Assembly: GCF_006345805.1 (NCBI RefSeq)
Contig: NC_043013.1
Span: forward strand, 38,440,001 to 38,504,000
DNA from: Octopus sinensis
Taxonomy: Eukaryota
Reading direction: 5' to 3'
DNA length: 64,000 nt
Positions 55,356-64,000 of this stretch are shown here, in pieces (positions within the stretch are counted from its first letter, which is position 1; the number at the start of each line of letters is the position of its first letter). The notes below the pieces were generated by a model, which saw only the letters and a list, made by a program, of their open reading frames with translations, did no database searches and was not told the origin of the DNA. The position numbers were made by a program, and so were the translations under genes.

Positions 55356-55553
55356 TATATAATATATATATATGTATATTCATATATACAACGGGCGTCT
55401 TTCAGTTTCCGTCTACCAAATCCACTCACAAGGCCTTGGTCGGCCCAAGGCTATATTAGAAGACACATCTCCCAATATGCCATGCAGTAGAACTGAACCT
55501 GGAAGCATGTGATTGGTAAGCAAGCTACTTACCACACAGCCATTCCTACGCCT
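55122..55553 (-). mobile_element. tRNA-derived SINE, family C, with internal (TA)/(CA) microsatellite
   Basis: Minus-strand head AGGCGTAGGAATGGCTGTGTGGTAAG...CAGGTTCAGTTCT (A/B-box-like). The body shares AAGCCTAGTAC...GAACCGCTAAGTTA...GGGGACAAACA with 18150-18380. Tail ATGACTGAAACAAGTAAAAGAGTAAAGA. Confidence 0.8.
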
Positions 55554-57353
55554 ACATTATATTCCATTTTGTTTTATATTAAGTTGTTTTTTCTAGTGAC
55601 CCTAGCTGTTTACTTTATCTAGTATTAAAGCATTTTCAAGGCACATACTATATGATCTTGAATATTTCGGAAAGAGCTCGTACAGAATGCTTATAATGAT
55701 GCTCAGTGTTATAACCTCGCCCTTCTCTTTTTTCTCTTCCACCATTTTAGGCCCTTGAGTAAGAAAGCTTGAAATAGTATCTTGCTTCCATAAGTCAAAC
55801 AAGTGTTCCTCCTATCATGCAATTTCAATCTTATGACACAATGCATCATTGTGACCATATAACAAAAGTGGTATATGATGTATTGATCTCATACTCGAAT
55901 ATATACTTCCATATAAATTTCCCTCGACGAAATGGAACTTTTTTCTCATTAGTTTACTCTACTGTGCTACAATACGTACAAAAATCCAACAGTAGATGTC
56001 AGACTCATTAAGTTTTAATGGAAACCTAATTTGCCCACACATTAAGTACTTTGCATTAAGTTCAAATCTGCTACATAACATATTATGCTCATTGTATTAT
56101 TTAATTTCGTCCTCGCATTTGGATCAATACCATTATCATTTCCGCAGGTAATCATTGAGCAACGAGTTAGCGCCGCTGGCTTCTGCCTGATGCCGTTTTC
56201 TCTATATCCTTGACATGATAGCCTCTCTCGCGTCAGTTATGAATTTTTCGCTATAACTCTCTTTACCTCTCCGATGACAACCATTAGAAGGTTATCTTAG
56301 AATGGCGTTGTTCCGCTAACCGAGGTATATGACAATTCTAAATCAGACTTCGATCAGAGATGATTTCACCGAATCTTCCTCCATTTTTTCCGGTTTGCAC
56401 CGGTGTTAAATGCGGATCTTCTGTCTTGACTACTGAACAAATTTTTCTCTTGGTCTTGCATCAACAAATATGATAACTTAACTCAACTTATTGACTAACC
56501 ATGTTTGAAATTTCTGTTTACACGTGAATCTAAACAGCTCTATGTTATTCGAGTTTGGAGGCATTTTCGTAAAAGCACCTTCTTCCGTTAAATCTCTGCT
56601 GCACTGTAGGTCAATTTTTTTCTTTCTACCAGAAAATTCCAAGAGAGAATCGGTTTATTTGAGAAATATTCAGTGACAAAAATAAACTGGAAATATTTTC
56701 TATGTTTCTCAGTTCGAAATCCCCATTCATTTCTTCGCTTGGCGAAAAGCGTTTGTGAGTATTACTGCCGCTGGGCATAAATAACATTTCTGTGTGTACA
56801 TTCTTATTGTTGTGGTTGCTATTCCTAATTATATATCATTACTAATGTCTACTTCAATATTTGTGCTTTCTGCCAATAAATCATTATTTCATGCTCATTG
56901 TAAAATGTTTACATATAACCACGTGATTAAATTGTCTTCATTTATCTTTCCTTGTGTGCTTTTTGTAATTTTGCTGGACGTTATGCAGTTGCCAATTTTT
57001 TTTTAGCCTAAATTTTTTAGGTGGAGGAGAATTATTTAAATAGAGTCCTGAAGGGATTTATGAAGGTGACTATAAGAAAAGTCTTTTTCCTACTACGTTT
57101 ATTAAAATAAGTTCTTATGATGGACATCATCACGTTTCCCTATATCAGACACTATTCATAATAATAATAATAATAAAAAAAAATACTACTACTACTACTT
57201 CTACTACTACTACTACTACCACTTCTAATACTACAACTACTACTACTATTATTAATAATAATAATGATAATAATAATAATAATAATAATAATATTTATAA
57301 TAATAATAATATAATATAATAATAATAATAATAATATTAATAATATTATTATT

Positions 57354-57418
<65 letters not shown>

Positions 57419-57424
57419 TAATAT

Positions 57425-57927
57425 TGCAGTACCAGGCAGTGGCTTTCATGGCTTCTGATCTTAAGTGATTGGACGTCTTATCATGTACATTGTTTTGTCT
57501 TGGTATAAAAATGGGATACATCAAATATTTTGCTCAGTACCACAGCTTTGCTAGTCAGTTGCTTGACAATAGCCAGTTGAGCTTGACCCCTTGGTGGCTT
57601 ACGATAACTGCATCTCTGATCTCGAGCAGAAGTAGTGGGGGAGCATCATAGCCATGCTTTGAGAGGGATTCTTTGAGGCTTCGATAATACACCTTTGGAA
57701 ACATGCGTGTTTCGTTCAAAATCATTAAACAACGTTATTCTGGGACCTTTCGAAGTCATGTGCTGTTTATCTTCATATGAAATCACCATGTTGCGCACAC
57801 ATGTTTGTGATGCATGTACCTGTGATGCATGTACCCTTATCAGACGGGTAGTCATGATGGGTATATAGGGCTTCGTACATTTTTTCCCATGTTCACTTAG
57901 ATGATTTGCGCTGCTCTCTCACTCAAT
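57425..57927 (+). mobile_element. Probable non-LTR retroelement 3' end (Dong/R4- or RTE-like) inside a trinucleotide tract
   Basis: About 500 bp of complex sequence starting right after (AAT)n and ending CTGCTCTCTCACTCAAT, followed by (ACT)n(GAT)n(AAT)n. No ORF motif is present; the class is inferred. Confidence 0.45.
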
Positions 57928-57957
57928 ACTACTACTAACTACTACTACTACTACTAC

Positions 57958-58003
<46 letters not shown>

Positions 58004-58450
58004 AATAATAGTAATAATAATAACAATAATAATAATAATAATGATTTCTTTTATTGGCCACAAGGTTCCTAGATATAGAGGACAATATCAAAAGATGAAA
58101 GGTTTATGATAATGAGGAAAGAAGACAAGACAAAGAAAAGGAAGAAGGAAGAGGAGGAGGAGGAGGAGGAGGAGGAGAAGAAGAAGAAGAGAAGAAGAAG
58201 AAGAAGAAGAAGAAGAAGAAGAAGAAGAAGAAGAAGAAGAATGTGAGTGTACTGGTATAGATGAAATAAACTTGTAAAACCTCGAAGTTTATCGCGGAGA
58301 TCGTAATGAAGACGACAATAAAGATGAAAATGAGGAACACGATGGTGACGATGACAATTACAATGATGATGATGATGATGATGATAATGACAATCATGAT
58401 GACGGCGACGATGATAACGATGATGGTGATGATAAACATGATGACACGAT
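57915..58450. repeat. (ACT)/(GAT)/(AAT) then (GGA)/(GAA)/(GAT) tracts
   Basis: Direct reading. Confidence 0.9.
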
Positions 58451-59030
58451 GGTTAAACATACGAACACTATTGATATTTTACTGAAGGAAAGAGAAAATA
58501 ATACTAATAAAGTTACGTAGAATGAAAGTAGAAAAAATATTTGTATCTTTGAGATGTATGAATAGTAGTAATAGATTAAACATAAAAGAAAGATAAAGAA
58601 AATCAAGTAAATATAGAGATATCTCGATGAGAAAAGGTCAGAGTATTGGGAAGAGGTAGCCATCATCGTAGCGGTGAGCACTGTTATTTCAAACCCTCAA
58701 TATTCTGCTTTCGTAATCTGTTTAACACAGGAAAACGGTGAAACCGCCATCTTCGTACATAATAGAAATGAATTATATTGTGACAAAAATCTATGATGTA
58801 AAATGTAGTCCATTACAATGACAATAGTAATGTACCCTCGTGTCACACAGAAAGGTAGACACGAAGACATACACATAGACAAGCTCACACACACACGGAC
58901 ACACGTACATACACACACACACACGCACACTGACACGACAAACACACATATTTATGCACATATAGACACATACACAAGAATATCCATATATATATATGTA
59001 CGCATATATATGTATTTATACATATATAAG

Positions 59031-59066
<36 letters not shown>

Positions 59067-59081
59067 TACAATATATATATA

Positions 59082-59142
<61 letters not shown>

Positions 59143-59229
59143 TTATTTATATATATGTAAATACACAAACACATAGATTGTGTTTATGTATGTGTGAATG
59201 TATAGATAACAATCTCTCCCCCACGATCT

Positions 59230-59274
<45 letters not shown>

Positions 59275-60127
59275 TATTGCATGTATATATGTATGATTAT
59301 ATATATACATATATGTATATATGTATATACACACACATACATATATATATATACATATGTGTGTGTGTGTGTGTGTGTGTATATCTTTCTCTCTATCTGT
59401 CTCTCTCACTATGTATGTATGTATATATATATATATACACATATACATATATATAATTGTATATATACTCATATGTGTGTATTGCATACACTCATGCCCG
59501 TCCTAGATTGTATGTATGTATGTATGTGTGTGTGTGTATGAGCGAGAAAGAAAGGAAGAAAGAAAGAGAATATGTGTGCTTCTTTAGAGTATGTAATATA
59601 ATGACTTTCGAATAAAGCAGTGTTGTGGAACTATACCTGAAATAGAAGTAGAGTTAATACGTTTATCTGAAATTGAATGTCACTCTGTCATTACTTTAAC
59701 CTTCTTGCTGCGACGATAGACAGAGCACTGGACACTTAAGAAAGGAAAGGAAAAAAAAATACCAGAAACCAGCTTAATGTTCTTGTGTCTTTGCTACATT
59801 TATATGGATTTTTCATGAGAACTTGCCACACAGACAACCACCATAGTACGATTGCAATAAAATATAGATAAGTATTTGTTAAGCATTGTAGTATATTACA
59901 AAATATATATATATACATATATATGTAGGTTTTACTGGTAAAAGTAAACATAGATATGACCTAAATGGTCTTACCTATACACGTTGATACACTCATACAT
60001 ACAGTCTATATAGTTATACTTCCATATATGTATGTGTGTCTTTTCGAGTCTGCGTGTAGATATTATACATACGTGCACACGCTCGTAGATTATTACTCAC
60101 ACCTACGCATATACTATGCATACATGC

Positions 60128-60201
<74 letters not shown>

Positions 60202-60303
60202 TATATATACATATATATACATATATATATACGTAGGAGAGAGAGATGGGGAAAGATAGAAACAGTTAGAGAAATACATATTTACAAGCATGCATACAGA
60301 CAT

Positions 60304-60349
<46 letters not shown>

Positions 60350-60419
60350 TTATATATACAATCATCCTCAAACGTACTCATACCCTAGGTTTACTGAATC
60401 CAATATCTTTCTTTGATAT

Positions 60420-60995
60420 ACACTAGCGTAGCCTTCAGTGCCTCTAGACTATTCTTGTACATGTCCAGAAGCTTCCTGCATGTCTCCTGTGTGAAGCTGG
60501 CCCACTCTTCCTAAGCGAAAGCCTCGATCTGTGTCATGTTGGTCGGTTTCCTAGCCACCGCTCTGGTCTTCAAGTGTCGCCTCAAGTTCTCGATCGGATT
60601 CAAGTCAAGATTCTGACTTGGCCTTTCTAGGACGTTTTCATCATTGTCCTCGAACAATTTCTTCTCTACCTTGGCAGTGTGTTTGGGATCATTGTCCTGC
60701 TGGTAAGTCTAGTTGTGGCCGAGTTTGTGTTTCTCAGCGGATTCCTTCACATTTTTATCAAGGCTCCTGATATAATCCTGCTTTTTCATGATCCTTGGAC
60801 CTTGACAAGGTTCCCTGTGCCACTGGAGAGGCATCCCTAGAGCATTATGCTTACACCACCATGCTTAACAGTGGACACAGTGTTTTTTGGCTTGTATGGT
60901 TCTCCTTTCTTCCCTAGACGTATTCAGCATCGATATGGCCAAATAACTCCAACTTCGATTCATCAGACCACAGGATTGTTGACCAAAAGCTGGAA
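60420..60995 (-). mobile_element. Tc1-family transposase fragment (DD34E), degraded
   Basis: Minus strand gives FWSTILWSDESKLELFGH, TVKHGG and QQDNDPKHTAK...SQNLDLNPIENL, with 34 residues between D and E. Contains stops. Confidence 0.9.
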
Positions 60996-62209
60996 TGAAT
61001 AAGTTGAAAAGAAAGGATATTTTTTCTTACATTGAAAACTAAAACAAAAATATACATTCTGAAATTGTCAGGCATGTATATCACTAAATCTGAATACGTA
61101 AGACTGTGTATTCATAAGCAAGATTGCATTGTGTGCAGTGTTTGTCTGAATGTATTTACATGTGTGCGTGTGTGCGCGCGTGTGTGCATGTGTGGATGGG
61201 TTTATGTGTCTCTGTGTATCTCTGTATGTGCGCATGTATGTGTTTGTGGGTGTATGTGTATGTGTGTGTGCTTCAGCGTTCGTCACAAAACCAAAATTGC
61301 CTTCCACGTAAATTAGGAGGATATGACTGACGCACATCAACGGTGCCTGAACCGAAGGATATCCAGTCAGGTCAATAGGGTTAATCACCTATTGATGATA
61401 GGTGCTCTGATTACTAATATTGAACTTGTCCGATTTATATCATTTGGCTGAATAAAAAATGTTATTGAATATTATTCATAGGTATATATTTTTTAAAAAC
61501 TTTAACACACCTCCACACACCTACATGCATACTAACACGCACGCATATACAAATACAGAAACATAGATACAGTTAAGAATGGATAAGGGAATATCAATGT
61601 ATTTTTATACACGATACGTATATGAACATTTTTATATAGCAGAAATGGGATGTATAGAGGTATTCATGATTTTATAAATGTTTATAGAGAAAAGTTAAAT
61701 ATATATTATAAATGATATATTATTTAAATGATGTAAGTGTGTACACATTCTCAAATACATATACATTTGCACGTCCGCGCATACACAGACAGATACTCGT
61801 GTGTGTAGATGTATAATTTAAAGAATATACCAGCAAAGAAATAGTGAAGTTCATTAATGATATACATGTGAGAAAGAGTTATGAGTCAAGAATGAGCACA
61901 ACTTCAGAAGGTCTGATATGAGGCTTAACAAGAGCCGATTCGACCAATACATTATAAAGCGTGTGCATATATATATATGAGAGTGTGGGTCTGTGTGTAT
62001 AAGGAGAGAGAGAGAGAGATAGACAGAGTTTAAAAATGCAAAACTAGATAAGTTGAAAGAACAACAAATAGGCTGCATCAGTTTAACACTTACGAAGATA
62101 GGGAGAAGTGTTTACCGTTTCGAGCCTACTGTCTTCTACGAGAAGGACAGATGATCACAGGTAAAAAGGTAGACAGAAGAAACCTGTCCAAATCAAGCAG
62201 TCAAAACCT

Positions 62210-62219
62210 ATAGCACAGA

Positions 62220-62266
<47 letters not shown>

Positions 62267-62621
62267 TAGAGAGAGAGAGACAGGGAGAGAATAGAGGAGA
62301 CTGATAGAGAGAGAAAGAGAGAGAGAGAGTAATGGAACAGAGTCTTAATGAGAGATTTAGAGGTTATATAGATTTATCAATGTGTTTCGTTTTCAAAACT
62401 AATTTTATTCCTTCTAACACACACACACACAAATACACACACACACACAAACACACACATATACGCGCGCACACACACACACACACACTGCGCGCGCACA
62501 CATTTATATTATTCCTTGTAATATATAAATATATATTAGTATATATATATATATATACCTTCTAAAATGTGTATATATATATATATGTATATGCATATAC
62601 ATATATATATATATATATCTA

Positions 62622-62664
<43 letters not shown>

Positions 62665-62743
62665 ATATATATATACATTATATACATACATGCATATATA
62701 TGTATGTATGTATATATATATATATATATATATGTGTATATAC

Positions 62744-62831
<88 letters not shown>
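62210..62831. repeat. (GA)n, (CA)n and long (TA)n tracts
   Basis: Direct reading. Confidence 0.9.
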
Positions 62832-63480
62832 CAGAGCTTGGATGAAATAATGGAACACCTAAAAATTTCAAACAGATTTATTTTAATATGGGGTAAGACC
62901 GCTTTTGGCAGTAATTTCAGCTTTAATTATACGAGATATGGACTCATACAACGTGTGAATTGGTTCCCAAGAAATTCTTGTTCTTTCTTCAGCGAAAACA
63001 GTCTCCAGCTTTTGTAGTGATAATGGTGAAAGATATCCACTCCTTACTTTTTATTCTAAAATGTACTATGAATGTTCAATAATATTGAGATCTGGGGACT
63101 GTGCTAGCCAGATAAGATGTTCAATTTCACTAGAATGAACCTCGTGCCATTCAGTAACAAATTTAGCTGTGTGAATTGGTTCATTATCAACCTGAAAAAT
63201 TGCGTTTCCCTCCAGAAACAGTTCCATAACCATAAGGTGAATTTGATCAGATAAAATGTTTAGTCTTGATTATTAATTCTGCCATGAAGGGAAACCATTG
63301 GGGCGGCGGATTTCCAGGATATAGCCCCACCCCATATCATCACAGATCTTACTCCATATTTAACAGGTGGAAAAAGGCAGCTTGGGTCAAATGCTTCTTT
63401 TGGCTGTCTCCACACCTATACTCAGCCGGTGGTATGAAATAAGGTAAAGGATGACACGTTCGAGAAAATAACATTCTTCG
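62832..63480 (-). mobile_element. Tc1-family transposon 3' half with DD36E spacing, degraded
   Basis: Minus strand gives VIFSNVSSFTLF, VWRQPKEAF, VMIWGG, QVDNEPIHTAK...WLAQSPDLNIIEH (36 residues from D to E) and a C-terminal GLTPY*. A TIR-like end TA|CAGAGCTTGGATGAAATAATGGAACACC starts at 62832. Cut by a SINE at about 63490. Confidence 0.88.
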
Positions 63481-63490
63481 AGTGCTCTAA

Positions 63491-63927
63491 GAAATACCTA
63501 TTTCTTTACTACCCACAAGGGGCTAAACACAGAGAGGACAAACAAGGACAGACAAACGGATTAAGTCGATTATATCAACCCAGTGCGTAACTGGTATTTA
63601 TTTAATCGACCCCAAAAAGATGAAAGGCAAAGTCGACCTCGGCGGAATTTGAACTCAGAACGTAGCAGCAAACGAAATACTTATTTCTATACTACTCATT
63701 TCTTTACTACCCACAAGGGGCTAAACACAGAGAGGACAAACAAGGACAGACAAACGGATTAAGTCGATTATATCGACCCCAGTGCGTAACTGGTACCTAA
63801 TGTATCGACCCCGAAAGGATGAAAGGCAAAGTCGACCTCGGCGGAATTTGAACTCAAAACGAAACGCAGACGAAATACTGCTAAGCATTTCGCCCGGCGT
63901 GCTATCGATTCTGCCAGTTCGCCGCCT
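63491..63927 (-). mobile_element. SINE family B, multimeric copy lacking its tail
   Basis: Two full units of TTCTTTACTACCCACAAGGGGCTAAACACAGAGAGG...GGCAAAGTCGACCTCGGCGGAATTTGAAC plus head CTGCCAGTTCGCCGCCT. Confidence 0.9.
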
Positions 63928-63952
63928 CACTCTCGTGAAATATACGTCACAC

Positions 63953-64000
63953 GTTTTGGCACAAGGCTAGCAATTTCGAGGGAGAGGGCTAGTCGAATAC
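63953..64000 (-). mobile_element. SINE family B 3' end, cut by the window edge
   Basis: TTTTGGCACAAGGCTAGCAATTTCG is the reverse complement of the family B tail seen at 6250-6275. Confidence 0.65.

Noticed and set aside
62112-62146. Relic resembling a Penelope-type minimal hammerhead (minus strand CTCGTAGAAGACAGTAGGCTCGAAACGG)
   Set aside because: The CUGANGA core and stem II are broken, so it cannot be called a ribozyme.

Overview
Eukaryotic, AT-rich, repeat-dominated DNA with no recognisable host protein-coding gene. Nearly all ORF-track entries are translations of di-, tri- or tetranucleotide microsatellites. The SINE families and the microsatellite load look like an octopus (coleoid cephalopod) genome; this is recognition from memory, not a database result. 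Supported content: a tRNA-Ser(GCT) with a 6-nt 3' deletion fused to a LINE 3' tail; two full-length but dead mariners with TIRs and TA TSDs; DD34E and DD36E Tc1 fragments; a maT-like fragment; a pogo/Tigger relic; a foldback element made of two transposase 3' ends; a CR1-type LINE 3' end; a Penelope-like GIY-YIG relic; hAT and Helentron-type non-autonomous elements; three tRNA-type SINE families (called A, B, C here); and many compound microsatellites. I found no evidence of a new multi-gene system. The most notable items are the tRNA-LINE chimera, the DD36E transposon and the foldback element.
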